In this document: positions 23,801 through 38,920 of the stretch, one piece after another
Position numbering within the stretch: position 1 is the stretch's first letter
How the letters are laid out: each line of letters starts with the position of its first letter
NCBI GenBank assembly: GCA_002269645.1
Contig: NIVC01001014.1
Coordinates: forward strand, 284,565 to 348,564
DNA from: Macrostomum lignano
Lineage: Eukaryota
Reading direction: 5' to 3'
DNA length: 64,000 bases
Made by a program: the position numbers and the translations under genes
The notes under the pieces: model-generated
The model's input: only the letters and a program-made list of their open reading frames with translations
Databases searched by the model: none
What the model was told of the DNA's origin: nothing

Positions 23801-25795
23801 TTGTTATTGTCTTTGTCACTGTGTCTTTGTCACTGTGTCTTTGTTACTGCTTCTTTGTTACTGTGTCTTTGTTACTGTGTCTGTCACTGTCTTGTCATTG
23901 TGTCTTTCACTGTGTCTTTTTACTGTGTCTTTCACTGTGTCTTAGTTACTGTGTCTTTTTACTGTCTTTGTTACTGTGACAGTCACAGTGTCTTCGCTGC
24001 AGTGTCAGTCACGCTGTCCTGGTGATAGTCACTAGGTGATTGGTGATGCAAGGAGCTAGATTATCAGTGGTGCAGGGAGCGAGTGATACAAGAAGTAGGA
24101 ATTTTTCAGATACTTTATCTTAATTTATGATAAAACTAGCAAAAATGTTGCAGAAAAAAAAGTGACTTTATATCGTGAACTTAAGTACAGACTCGGAAGC
24201 CTAATCCTCAAGTTCAGACGTGCCAGAGATGCCGCAGTATACGAGGCTGGAGACTCGCCGCCGCAGTGCACTGAGATAATGAGATTGCTAAGTCCCGGCC
24301 TAGCTTAGGAATACCACGCTGAGCCTCGTGACCTGGAATAATTTACTTTTTTATGCGCAACCCCGGCGGCCTCAGATGATCGAGTTTTGGCTGAAAAGTT
24401 ATCTCAAGTCATACCGCTTTGCTCATGGATGCTGACTTGGCTAAGTTAACACAGCTCCCTACCCACTCTACTGAGCCAGCATCCGCTCCCTCCCCACTCT
24501 ACTGAGCCAGCATCCGCTCCCTCCCCACTCTATCTAACCAGCATCCGCTCCCTCCCCACTCTATCCAACCAGCGTCCACTCCCTCCCCACTCTACCGAAC
24601 CAGCATCCGCTCCCTACCCACTCTGCCGAGCCAGCATCCGCTCCCTCCCCACTCTATCAAACCAGCATCCGCTCCCTCCCCACTCTACTGAGCCAGCATC
24701 CGCTCCCTCCCCACTCTGCCGAGCCAGCATCCGCTCCCTCCCCACTCTATCAAACCAGCATCCGCTCCCTCCCCACTCTACCGAGCCAGCATCCGCCCCT
24801 CCCCACTCTACCGAGCCAGCATCCGCTCTCCCCACTCTATCAAACCAGCATCCGCTCCCTCCCCACTCTACCGAGCCAGCATCCGCCCCTCCCCACTCTA
24901 CCGAGCCAGCATCCGCTCTCCCCACTCTATCAAACCAGCATCCGCTCCCTCCCCACTCTACCGAGCCAGCATCCGCTCTCCCCACTCTACCAAGCCAGCA
25001 TCCGCTCCCTACCTTCAATACAGGACTGCGGTCGCGACCTTGGCGGCGGCAACTTTTACGACCTGTCTGGGCGGCCGTACTGCGAGCAGCATTACCATAC
25101 CAGGCGGGGCACCCTGTGCGTGGCCTGCGAAAGAGCCATCACCAGCCGCTGCATCACCGCTATGGGGCGCAAATTTCATCCGGAATGCTTCAAGTGCGCC
25201 TTCTGCAACAAGCAGCTCAGCCAGGGAACTTTTAAGGTAATTCTTTCTTAACAGTGTTTGTGTCTTTGTGTACAAATGCACTACATGGTGTACAAATGCA
25301 CTACAGGTTGTATAAATGCAGTACAGGGTGTACAAATGCAGTAAAGAGTTTACAAATGCCGTACAGGGTGTACAAATGCAGTACAGGGTGTACAAATGCC
25401 GTACAGGGTGTACAAATGCAGTACAGGGTGTAAAAATTCAGTACAGGGTGTAAAAATGCAGTACAGGGTGTACAAATGCAGTACAGGGTGTACAAATGCA
25501 GTACAGGGTGTACAAATCCCGTACAGGGTGCGCAAATTCAGTGCAGCCTATTCCAAACACCATTGTGAAGAACTGCAATTGTTTATTGCCAGCCAAGCAA
25601 TTTCTCTCTTCTGTTGTGCCGTAACTCGTGACCTGTGCGTTTTGTTGCATCTCACAATATGCTGCATTTTGTTGCTGCTTCTGACATTCTCCAAGGTAAC
25701 TAACTCTGTACTACACCCACACTCCGCTATTGCAGGAAAAAGAGAGCAAGCCCTATTGCAGCGACTGCTACGGGAAATTGTTTAGCAAAAAGTGA
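17866..25795 (+). CDS. PXN: Paxillin-family protein (3 LD-like motifs + 4 LIM domains); exons 17866-17878, 19466-19548, 19872-19968, 20286-20322, 21217-21274, [21385-21420 optional], 22221-22436, 23292-23702, 25024-25236, 25736-25795; ~395-407 aa
   Basis: 13-nt first exon ATGGATGAATTAG as in paxillins; LD-like helices [16 protein letters not shown] and LESLMNDL; four double zinc fingers (e.g. [20 protein letters not shown]); ends [12 protein letters not shown]. All introns GT-AG with consistent phases. Paxillin versus leupaxin/Hic-5 cannot be resolved. Confidence 0.9.
18284..18932. mobile_element. Non-autonomous DNA transposon with CCATAG termini, copy B, in paxillin intron 1
   Basis: Ends CCATAGTGCGGAAGGA / TCTTTCTGCACTATGG; 8-bp TSD CTTATCTA (18276-18283, 18933-18940); many subterminal GTAYGACA motifs. 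Confidence 0.85.
20510..21090. repeat. 18-20-bp minisatellite (CTAAGCTTCACAATCCCC)
   Basis: Tandem units in a paxillin intron. Confidence 0.93.
21670..22020. repeat. (CTCCT/CTCTT)n polypyrimidine tract
   Basis: Low-complexity pentamer repeat. Confidence 0.9.
22480..23120. repeat. Degenerate GTGTTTAT-based minisatellite
   Basis: Recurrent GTGTTTATGTGTTTAT with ~60-bp duplicated blocks. Confidence 0.85.
23705..24010. repeat. 14-bp minisatellite (GTCACTGTGTCTTT) starting at the paxillin donor site
   Basis: Tandem units begin within GTGAGTCACTGTGTC. Confidence 0.9.
24455..25015. repeat. 31-bp minisatellite (GAGCCAGCATCCGCTCCCTCCCCACTCTACT)
   Basis: About 18 units ending just before the acceptor at 25023. 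Confidence 0.93.
25260..25540. repeat. 20-bp minisatellite (GTACAGGGTGTACAAATGCA)
   Basis: Tandem units in the last paxillin intron. Confidence 0.93.
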
Positions 25796-25959
25796 ACCAA
25801 TATTCAATATTCAACATTCTATGCCCTGCTTTGGTAATAAATAATGACACTTTTCTATTACTATATTATCTGTGTGTAAAAATTTGCCGGAAATTTATCA
25901 TATTCCTTATCGTCGCTGTTCTGTAAGTTTCCCTGCTTTTTAAACATTTATAGATTCTA

Positions 25960-26340
25960 AACTACTGCGGTAGAGTGGGTAGGGAGCGGATGCTGGCACA
26001 GCACAGAGTGGGTAGGGAGCGGATGCTGGGCACTGTACAGAGTGGGTAGGGAGCGGATGCTGGGCACTGTACAGAGTGGATAGGGAGCGGATGCTGGGCA
26101 CTGTACAGAGTGGGTAGGGAGCGGATGCTGGCACAGCACAGAGAAGGTAGGCAGCGGATGCTGTCACAACACAGAATGGTTAGGCAGCGGATGCTAGGCA
26201 CTGTACAGAGTGGGTAGGGAGCGGATGCTGGCACAGCACAGAGTGGGTAGGGAGCGGATGCTGGCACAGCACAGAGTGGGTAGGGAGCGGATGCTGGCAC
26301 AACACAGAGTGGGTAGGGAGCGGATGCTGGCACAGCACAG
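25960..26340. repeat. 33-34-bp minisatellite (AGAGTGGGTAGGGAGCGGATGCTGGGCACTGTAC)
   Basis: Tandem units; the core is the reverse complement of the 24455-25015 unit. Confidence 0.92.
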
Positions 26341-26829
26341 ATTTAGGAGGCAGCACTATTAATTTAACGACTCAGAAACATTTTGATTTAATCTATTCTG
26401 CCTAATATTGTTCTTGACACGCACTCAGTTTTTTTAAGGTAGCGTAATGGCTTTCAACAGTAATCAAATCACCTGATACTTCATGGAGGTAATTTTTCGT
26501 TAAAGCAGCTTCTCATTGTGAAGAAGTATGTCAACTTGACTAAATATCAACTGACAGAGCCGGAAGCGAACGATAATCTGTCATTTTCTGGCATTGAAAT
26601 TTTAACTTTTGTGTCCTTTTATGGTCGCTAAATATGAAAATCAAGCATATCAATAAAATTTGGATCGTCTTTGTATCCATCTGCAGATTCATTTTTACTG
26701 TTTGCTGTTTTCTTTTTTTCTAACTGCGTCTGTTTTGGCATTGTGTCTACTGTTATTTATTTCAATGTTAACAGACAGGCTGATTAGTTCAATCAGTGCG
26801 TGAAATCCAGCATTTCATTCGGTACGGGC

Positions 26830-27000
26830 TTGGCAGACTGACAGACAGACAGACAGACAGACAGACACTAAGACAGACACACAGACAGACACACAGACAG
26901 ACAGACACACAGACACACAGACAGACAGACACACAGACACACAGACAGACAGGAAGACAGACAGACAGACACACAGACAGACAGACAGACAGACACAGGC
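26830..27000. repeat. (CAGA)n microsatellite
   Basis: Direct reading. Confidence 0.95.
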
Positions 27001-27589
27001 AGTCAGATCGAGAGAGAAACTGGCAGGCAGGCAGGCGTGCACTCTGGCATCAGTTTGGCTCTAATTGGAAGCAGAGAAAGAGCAGTCTGCACTCTGCAGC
27101 ATGCAAATGGCGTCACAGCAAGTGCTCTCATCTCCCCATACCGTATGTTGTCAACTTATTCTCGTGGCGACTGCGAAATTCTGTTAAACCCTCCAGATCG
27201 CGGACTTCTCTAAGCTTCACTTGGTGCCCTCTAGTCTTATCAGTTTGCGGACTCTCCCTCTCTCTCCATGGGTCTTGCCGAGGTTGCTAATTAATTATGG
27301 GCCAAGCTAATTATGGGAACAGGACCCTGCAGTAGCGTCTTTTCGCTGCCAAGTCCCCTAGCGGTCTCCTACTGTCTCTTTCTGTCTCTAATCCCTACAT
27401 TTCTCCATTCACCCCGTGATCGGATCGGTGTTAATCCCCTAGAGACTTTAGAGAAAGAGAGAAGCTGGATTGATGAAGCTTCTGGGATACTGAGAACAGA
27501 CTGGCAGCTGTGAGATGCACATCTGTAGGTACAGTTTCTAATTTAGATTGTGAGACCTAGTTAATTTCTCAAGTTGCCTTTGAGATTCA

Positions 27590-28520
27590 TGGGCTAGTAT
27601 GCTGTCTATGGGCTGGTGTTTATATGCTGTCTATGGGCTGGTGTTTATATGCTGTCTATGGGCTGGTGTTTATGCTGTCTGGGCTGGTGTTTAAATATGT
27701 TATCTATGGGCTGGTGCTTATATGCTGTCTATGGGCTGGTGTTTATATGCTGTCTATGGGCTGGTGTTTATATGCTGTCTATGGGCTAGTGCGTTTATGC
27801 TGTCTATGGGCTGGTGTTTATATGCTGTCTATGGGCTGGTGTTTATGCTGTCTATGGGCTGGTGTTTATATGTTATCTATGGGCTGGTGCTTATATGCTG
27901 TCTATGGGCTGGTGTTTATATGCTGTCTATGGGCTGGTGTTTATATGCTGTCTATGGGCTGGTGTTTATGCTGTCTATGGGCTGGTGCTATTATATGCTG
28001 TCTATGGGCTAGTGCGTATATGCTGTCTATGGGCTGGTGTTTATATGCTGTCTATGGGCTGGTGTTTATGCTGTCTATGGGCTGGTGTTTATGCTGTCTA
28101 TGGGCTGGTGTTTATGCTGTCTATGGGCTGGTGTTTATATGCTGTCTATGGGCTGGTGTTTATGCTGTCTGGGCTGGTGTTTAAATATGTTATCTATGGG
28201 CTGGTGCTTATATGCTGTCTATGGGCTAGTGCGTTTATGCTGTCTATGGGCTGGTGTTTATATGCTGTCTATGGGCTGGTGTTTATGCTGTCTATGGGCT
28301 GGTGTTTATGCTGTCTATGGGCTGGTGTTTATGCTGTCTATGGGCTGGTGTTTATATGTTGTCTATGGGCTGGTGTTTATGCTGTCTATGGGCTGGTGTT
28401 TATGCTGTCTATGGGCTGGTGTTTATGCTGTCTATGGGCTGGTGTTTATGCTGTCTATGGGCTGGTGTTTATGCTGTCTATTGGCTGGTGCTTATATGCT
28501 GTCTAAAGGCTAGTGTTTAT
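27590..28520. repeat. 23/25-bp minisatellite (ATGCTGTCTATGGGCTGGTGTTT[AT])
   Basis: About 38 units. Confidence 0.95.
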
Positions 28521-28969
28521 GCTGTCGAAGCCAAAACCACCGAGAGCTTTTCTCAAAAAGAACATTTTGACACTGAAAAAATAACTGACTTTTCTCTCCG
28601 CAGCTAAAGCACACCAATTGGGCGTATTTTAAGAAGATGCAGGAAATCGAGAAAATTAATTTTCAACCATTTTTTATTAAATTAATCAACCCCTTGATAA
28701 CTGTAGGCTGCAGCTGAGCTCTCTGCGTCTGTCAGATTAATCTGCGAATTGCGCTGAACCAAGTGCTGGTGCTGACACGAATGCGAAATCGGATTGCGTG
28801 TCCTGAGGGATAAAAAACTGCTAGCAGTTTGAAGCTCCTTGGGCGCTACTTAGTGGGAGAAAATCCCTTTTCGGGTAAGGGACAGCAGGCGGCTGAAATG
28901 CTGCGCAGGTGGCACAAAATGCGATTCTGCTGATGCAATTCCATGGCTTGAGACGGGAGCTCTCATACA

Positions 28970-29945
<976 letters not shown>

Positions 29946-30448
29946 AGTTTTCCAAAACGCAGAATTAAATTTTTATCGCTTTGCACCTAACGAAGCATTG
30001 GATTTCATACACTGGTTAAACTGATGGATCAGATGAAGATGCGGCAAGTCAGCATTGAATTGGATCGCGGATTTCGTGATGGCGAGTAGCTTCACTTGCT
30101 GCCTGTCTGCGATGTCTTGTAACAAAACCAATTAAAAGAGAAAAGTACAAACAGTTTGCTGGCGAGCCAACGAATATATAAATTTACAATCGCGAGAATA
30201 CGGGAGCTGGTTAAATTGAGGAATTTCAATCGGAGCAGCAATAAGGATGTGGGTTGGCGGAGAACTCAGGAAATGGGAATAAACCAGAGTAGTTCCTGTC
30301 TTAGCGCAAGAATCCGCAAGTCCCAGTTAACGGCCGCCGCAAGCAGCCTCCTTCCTCTTTGAGCCGCCGCCGCCGTGGGTGTCCAGTTTCCGTTTTTTTC
30401 TTTGCTTTGCTCTTTCTCTCTCTTCATTTCTGTTTCTGTCTCCGGTTC

Positions 30449-30666
30449 TCACTGGAGCAGCAGACTGTCTTCTTGCTCTCCCATACCGACAGATTTCTCC
30501 TGTTGCAGAAGTGGCAGAATTTGCTGCTGCTGCTCCCGGCAACCGGAGATGTTCGGGTCGGAGCGATAGCAGAACACTGAGCCGCAGAGCAGAGCGGAAG
30601 AGTCTGACGCACTGCTGGGTGCTGCGGCACAATTTTCCTGCTGCTGTTGCTGTTGTTGTTTCTGCG

Positions 30667-30710
<44 letters not shown>

Positions 30711-31282
30711 GCCGCCTGACTGGAGGCACAGTACTGCGAGCTCAGACGGCAGTTCTCAAGTCTGCTTCCTCCGTCATTGGCGTCGACAAGAACGCAGGAC
30801 TCTCGTTCGGATTCGTTCTCGTTGTCGTCATCGGAGGCGGCTTCAATGATGCGAATTGGCACCGGGCACTGCACGGCCGTTTGCAGGGTTGCCGTGACTA
30901 CTGGCTTGTGAACCGTCAGCGCTGGCGTTCTGACAGCAGGCTCCTGCAGCGGCGGCGGCGGCGGCTTCGGCGCTTCAGCTGAAACTGCCGACTGACCTGT
31001 CAGCCTTGACCATCGAATTCGCCTTAGCAGCTGACAGCATCCGCTGCCTCCAGTGACTAGCGGCAGCAGCATGCTGCAGATCATGAGGAACAGGATGCAG
31101 CTGAGCACTGTCACCAACACGTTGAGCACAGTGCTATTGTTGGCAGGAGATTTCGACGACTGGTTCGCCATCGACCTGCTGTTCGTGGCGTTTTTGTTCG
31201 AGTTTACATGCAGTTGCGGCTCGCCGTGTTGCAGCAGCTGGGCTTTGACCAGGCCGAACAGCAGGAATATAATAAAGTGCAT
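30449..31282 (-). CDS. Putative intronless type I single-pass membrane protein, 277 aa, unknown family
   Basis: Signal-peptide-like MHFIIFLLFGLVKA; short Asn/Ser-rich ectodomain with N-x-S/T sites; hydrophobic VLNVLVTVLSCILFLMICSMLLPLV followed by RRIR; Pro-rich, acidic and poly-Q cytoplasmic tail. GC-rich like other exons here. Confidence 0.6.
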
Positions 31283-31843
31283 CCTTATTAATGGCCTGTT
31301 TGTGGCTTTTGAAAGTTCTGCGCTGATGCTATGGGGTATTTCCGCCCTAATCTGGCCACCCCAGGCAAAGTGATTCTATTTATTTCTCTGCAGTCAGCTT
31401 CTACCCAGCTCTAGCGCAGCCAATCACGTTCCAGTGGTTGCACTGGTTGTTCGATTGGATTTTGGGCATATCCAAGTATCCAAGTGGGAGCGAGGGAGAG
31501 AGGGAGAGAGAGAAGGGGCTTCTTGAGCTCCGAGAGTGACAAGAAGGATTCTCATCAAGAGTTGAGGGTGCAAAATTTCTGTTTCTCTTAGTCGAAAAAT
31601 CGAGATTGAACGCAGCGGGCGGTAAGGGGTGTCGAGAATGCTTTTAGTGCGTGTAATAACAGAAATATTCAGGACTATGCATTGCTACGTTAACACGATG
31701 CTGCATATGCTACTAAACTGCTAAAATTGTGCTCACTCATAAAGTGCCATCTTTATACGTTAGTTTACCTGCGAGCTACATACTGGGACAAGGGGAGTGA
31801 GCTAGGGGAACCTATGGGACTTAAGGGAAGAGGGGAGAGAAAT

Positions 31844-31849
<6 letters not shown>

Positions 31850-31928
<79 letters not shown>

Positions 31929-32240
31929 ACAGGAAGAGAGTGGAAGAGAGGGGAAGAGAGACAGGAAGAGAGGGGAAGAGAGACAGGAAGAGAGGGGAAG
32001 AGAGACAGGAAGAGAGGGGAAGAGAGACAGGAAGAGAGGGGAAGAGAGACAGGAAGAGAGGGAAGAGAGACAGGAAGAGAGGGGAAGAGAGACAGGAAGA
32101 GAGGGGAAGAGAGACAGGAAGAGAGGGGAAGAGAGACAGGAAGAGAGGGGAAGAGAGACAGGAAGAGAGGGGAAGAGAGACAGGAAGAGAGGGGAAGAGA
32201 GACAGGAAGAGAGGGGAAGAGAGGGGAAGAGAGACAGAAA
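31850..32240. repeat. (GA)n followed by a 22-bp purine repeat (GAGAGGGGAAGAGAGACAGGAA)
   Basis: Direct reading. Confidence 0.95.
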
Positions 32241-32939
32241 GCGATGCAGCAAACAGAAATTCTATATTTTTCTCTTACCTGTTTCCTATTTACCTATATT
32301 GCTTCTAATTTTCAGAGAACTCGTAAAAAATCTACCATTTAGGTTCGCAAGCTAGGTAGTGTTAAAAAGTTCTCAAGTCATATCCTTGCAACATGTCATT
32401 AGCGAATAAGTACAACCCCTGGTTTGCCGCGTCTAGCATATGCACTCATATCGCTCGTACTAGAGCAGATTGAGTGAATAATTAATAATGAACCATGCGG
32501 TATCACACGCTCGTTAAGAAAGCATGATTACTTTGGGTGGCTCAGTGAGATCAGCTCGGCTTGCACTTCATGCTTAGTAGCTTGTAGCATCTTTTTTTTA
32601 GCAACCGTTGCACCTAAATCGATCTGCTTGCTAATCGGAGGCTGCACTTAGACTAGCTCCATCATCGAAGTCCTCATCAGAGCCGAGTGGACCAGTTAAA
32701 CAAAGCAAGACAGCTAGGGGTATTTTCGCTTAGCTTATAAAAGTGCAAGCGATGAAGCTCTTCCTGTTCGCTTGGCCTTTACTTTCGTAGAACTATATTT
32801 TGGTATGTTTAAAAATTTTCAAGTCCTAAGTGCGGCTTTGGGTTTTTGCGACACATTCCCTCACGATTCCGTAAACAGCAATGGCACTGCGAGCATCGCA
32901 TACGCATAATACAGTAGTGCAAGATTCTATGGATTTGAA

Positions 32940-35235
32940 AACTAAGACACTTGGAAACTAAGACACTTGGACACTAAGACACTTGGAAACTAAGACACTT
33001 GGAAACTAAGACACTTGGACACTAAGACACTTGGAAACTAAGACACTTGGACACTAAGACACTTGGAAACTAAGACACTTGGACACTAAGACACTTGGAC
33101 ACTAAGACACTTGCACACTAAGACACTTGCACACTAAGACACTTGGACACTAAGACACTTGGACACTAAGACACTTGGACACTAAGACACTTGCACACTA
33201 AGACACTTGGACACTAAGACACTTGGACACTAAGACACTTGGACACTAAGACACTTGGACACTAAGACACTTGCACACTAAGACACTTGCACACTAAGAC
33301 ACTTGCACACTAAGACACTTGCACACTAAGACACTTGCACACTAAGACACTTGGACACTAAGACACTTGGACACTAAGACACTTGGACACTAAGACACTT
33401 GGACACAGAGAAACTTGGACACTAAGACACTTGGACACTAAGATACTTGGACACTAAGACACTTGGACACTAAGACACTTGCACACTAAGACACTTGGAC
33501 ACTAAGACACTTGGACACTAAGACACTTGGACACTAAGACACTTGGACACTAAGACACTTGGACACTAAGACACTTGGACACTAAGACACTTGGACACAG
33601 AGAAACTTGCACACTAAGACACTTGGACACTAAGATACTTGGACACTAAGACACTTGGACACTAAGACACTTGCACACTAAGACACTTGCACACTAAGAC
33701 ACTTGGACACTAAGACACTTGGACACTAAGACACTTGGACACTAGGACACTTGGACACTAAGACACTTAGACACTTGGACACTAGGACACTTGGACACTA
33801 AGACACTTGGACACTTGGACACTAGGACACTAAGATACTTGGACACTAAGATACTTGGACACTTGGACACTTGGGCACTTGGACACTAAGACACTTGGAC
33901 ACTAAGATACTTGGACACTTGGACACTTGGACACTAAGACACTTGGACACTAAGACACTTAGACACTTGGACACTTAGACACTTGGACACTTGGACACTA
34001 AGACACTTAGACACTTGGACACTAAGACACTTGGACACTTGGACACTAAGACACTTGGACACTTGGACACTAAGACACTTGGACACTTGGACACTTGGAC
34101 ACTAAGACACTTGGACACTTGGACACTAAGACACTTGGACACTTGGACACTAGGACACTAAGATACTTGGACACTTGGACACTTGGACACTAGGACACTT
34201 GGACACTAGGACACTTGGACACTTGGACACTTGGACACTTGGACACTAGGACACTTGGACACTAGAACACTTGGACACAGAGAAACTTGGACACTAAGAC
34301 ACTTGGACACTAAGACACTAAGACACTAAGACACTTGGACACTAAGACACTTGGACACTTGGACACTTGGACACTAAGACACTTGGACACTAAGACACTT
34401 GGACACTAAGACACTTAGACACTTGGACACTTAGACACTTGGACACTTGGACACTAAGACACTTAGACACTTGGACACTAAGACACTTGGACACTTGGAC
34501 ACTTGGACACTAAGACACTTGGACACTTGGACACTAAGACACTTGGACACTTGGACACTTGGACACTAAGACACTTGGACACTTGGACACTAAGACACTT
34601 GGACACTTGGACACTAGGACACTAAGATACTTGGACACTTGGACACTTGGACACTAGGACACTTGGACACTAGGACACTTGGACACTTGGACACTTGGAC
34701 ACTTGGACACTAGGACACTTGGACACTAGAACACTTGGACACAGAGAAACTTGGACACTAAGACACTTGGACACTTGGACACTAAGACACTTGGACACTT
34801 GGACACTAAGACACTTGGACACTTGGACACTTGGACACTAAGACACTTGGACACTTGGACACTAAGACACTTGGACACTTGGACACTAGGACACTAAGAT
34901 ACTTGGACACTTGGACACTTGGACACTAGGACACTTGGACACTAGGACACTTGGACACTTGGACACTTGGACACTTGGACACTAGGACACTTGGACACTA
35001 GAACACTTGGACACAGAGAAACTTGGACACTAAGACACTTGGACACTAAGACACTAAGACACTAAGACACTTGGACACTAAGACACTTGGACACTTGGAC
35101 ACTTAGACACTTGGACACTTGGACACTAGGACACTTGGACACTAAGACACTTGGACACTAAGACACTTGGACACTAGACACTTTGACACTAAGACACTTG
35201 GACACTAAGACACTTGGACACTAGGACACTTGGAC
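32940..35235. repeat. 16-bp satellite (GGACACTAAGACACTT) built from 8-bp subunits, ~2.3 kb
   Basis: Regular 16-mers at left become mixtures of GGACACTT / AAGACACT 8-mers at right. Confidence 0.97.
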
Positions 35236-35879
35236 AGTAAAACATTTACAAGCGTCGACACAGAGACACTGTGACCCTAAGCCAATAAATGCAATAGTAC
35301 AAGTATGTGTAAAACCATTTGAAGCAGCCTTTGCTGCGCAAAAGAGAAGAGAAAAGTTAAAATGGAAGCAGAGCATTTTAAACATCGGTTGGTGGGGTTC
35401 TTTTAATAGCATGAGGGGAAAGAGAAAGAAGCTGAAGACCCGAGAGCACGCCGAGATTGAGGATGTGAAATCGAGCGTAAGAGAGCTGTCCCACTCGCTG
35501 ACAGGACGGCACGGCTATACGAGAATTCAGATAAGGAAGCTGGGATGAAGGGGGTTGATGAAGCGACGGGAAAGATTGTGTTCGCAAAGCTTGCAGCTCG
35601 GGCAGTGGGGTATCGGAGCTAGGTCAGAAGAAGCACTGACAAAACGGTGTTCGATCTATAGAATGCATACAACTTGGCATTTAGCCAGGAAAACATCGAA
35701 GTACAAGGAAAATGTCATCGGCAGTGTAAATAAGGAATACAGTTTTCTCGCCCGAGAATTTGTTTTGCTACTTAATTCTTATTCATATTTCTAGTCTAGC
35801 ACAAGTTAAGCACAGTTGGTATCGGTTAGTATGCAGTCTTTCGATTGGCAAGAACCGGGAGAGCGAGCTGCGCCTCCCC

Positions 35880-36320
35880 CCATAGCGCGCCCCTCCGATG
35901 GCGCCCCCTGATAGCGCCCCCTCCGATGGCGCCCTCCCCCTGATAGTACCCTCCCCCTGATAGCGCCCTCCCCCTGATAGCGCCCTCCCCCTGATAGCGC
36001 CCTCCCCCTGATAGCACCCTCCCCCTGATAGCGCCCTCCCCCTGATAGCACCCTGCCCTTGATAGCACCCTCCCCCATGATAGCACCCTCCCCTGATAGC
36101 GCCCTCCCCCTGATAGCACCCTGCCCCTGATAGCACCCTCCCCATGATAGCACCCTCCCCTGATAGCGCCCTCCCCCTGATAGCGCCCTCCCCCTGATAG
36201 CGCCCTCCCCCTGATAGCGCCCTCCCCCCTGATAGCGCCCTCCCCCTGATAGCACCCTCCCTCTGATAGCGCCCTCCCCCTGATAGCACCCTCCCCCTGA
36301 TAGCGCCCCCTCAGATGGAG
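35880..36320. repeat. 17-bp C-rich minisatellite (TAGCGCCCTCCCCCTGA)
   Basis: Tandem units; G-runs on the minus strand. Confidence 0.93.
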
Positions 36321-36729
36321 CCCCCAACCCTATACTATATTTTTAAAATGAATTTGTAAACCCGGCACGACGATCCATCATCATTTTGGGGATATTCTAA
36401 AGTTTTTTTCTGTATTAATCTGATAATTTTTAGATTAACAGCTGCAGCAATTTTTCCATTTAGAATGCACTTGAGCACTCAGCGGCCCTGCAGCTCTCTC
36501 TCTCTCTTCATTGATTCTATAGCAGGTAGGCCTCAGGCATGCGAGCCCATTCAAGCGTGAACAATGCCGAAGCTTGATGCTCAGACTGTAGCGGGCATGG
36601 AGCTCAAATATACGGCATCTGGATATCTGGGAGCAGCAATATTAGCTCTGCGAACAGAACGGAGAGTGTGCACTGCCTGACAATGGGAGAGGCTGGGGCG
36701 CTGTACATCCTGCGTGAGTGTGTGTCTAT

Positions 36730-37620
<891 letters not shown>

Positions 37621-38499
37621 AATAACTACTTAAATAACCAATTAAAATTCCCGATGAACTTATACAGTCACTAAATCAGTCCAGATATTGCATCTCGTAC
37701 TCCATGGAGCACAGCGCGGGTAGATAAGGATTCCGAGAGTCGCTAATGCGCTGCTGATAATAGATTGAGGATTTCAAAGGGAAAAGAGGGGGATGCAGTG
37801 CTTCCTTACCAACGGGTGCTTCGAGTAAATAGCTCTGATCTGTTGCTAGAATGCTACAGTTGCAATGTGAAATGCGCTTGAAGAAGAGAGATCGTATCCC
37901 TGTATTAGTAAAGAGCAGGCCACCAACCCCTGCAAGACTATTAAGGTGTTTAGAAAGCAGAGCTCAACAGATGATTTAATAATGCAGCGATTAACTAACT
38001 TCAGGTAGCTCGTGTTGCTGTGAAATCTTTTTCTTTACATGGTAAATTTGATTTTAAGAATCTAGAATGGCTTTCTTAGTCGTTGATAGGACTAGAGAAA
38101 ATTAGGAGAGGAGAGGGGTAGAGAGAGGTAAATAGAGAAGAGCAAGAAGATGAGAGAAGGGCAACTCCTTTCTAAAAAAGCGCAGTTAAAGTGCATCCAA
38201 AATTAATTCGATCAAGTGTTTATAAAATTCCACAAGGATGAGAAGAGGAGTAAAAAAGTCACTGCAACAATAGTCGCACGCATTGAAATGCAAAAATACT
38301 AAGATAGAAAGAGCCTGCTAGATGCCGTTCTTACTGAATGTGCATAAATTTAGTCGCTGGGAAAGAGGGACAGAGGAGGAGGGAAAGCGAGAGAGGAGGG
38401 GCAGAGATAGGAGAGACGTAGAGAGAGAGGGAGGGGACTCCTAGATTCTCCTATATTCTTCATCGACTCCTAAAAGAGTGCTTAAATAAAGTCGTCCAT

Positions 38500-38920
38500 G
38501 GAGAGAGAGGGGGGGAGGGAGGGAAATAGAGGGAGACAGGGAGATAGGAAAGAGAGGGAGATAGATAGAGAGGGAGAGAGGGAGAGAGGGAGAGAGACAG
38601 AGAGGGGGAGAGATAGAGAGGGGGAGAGGGAGAGAGGCAGAGAGGGAGAGAGGGAGAGAGACAGAGAGGGGGAGAGACAGAGAGGGAGAGAGGGAGAGAG
38701 GGAGAGAGGGAGAGAGGGAGAGAGGGAGAGAGGGAGAGAGGGAGAGAGGGAGAGAGATACAGAGGGAGAGAGGGAGAGAGATACAGAGGGAGAGAGGGAG
38801 AGAGATACAGAGGGAGAGAGGGAGAGAGATACAGAGGGAGAGAGGGAGAGAGGGAGAGAGGGAGATAGGGAGAAAGATACAGAGGGAGAGAGGGAGAGAG
38901 GGGGAGTGGAGGGGAGGGGA
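38500..38920. repeat. Polypurine (GAGAGGGA)n tract
   Basis: Direct reading. Confidence 0.93.

Noticed and set aside
35410-35622. Selenoprotein or neuropeptide-like frame with in-frame TGA (RARRD*GC...)
   Set aside because: No start or compatible splice phase, no SECIS recognised, no family similarity.
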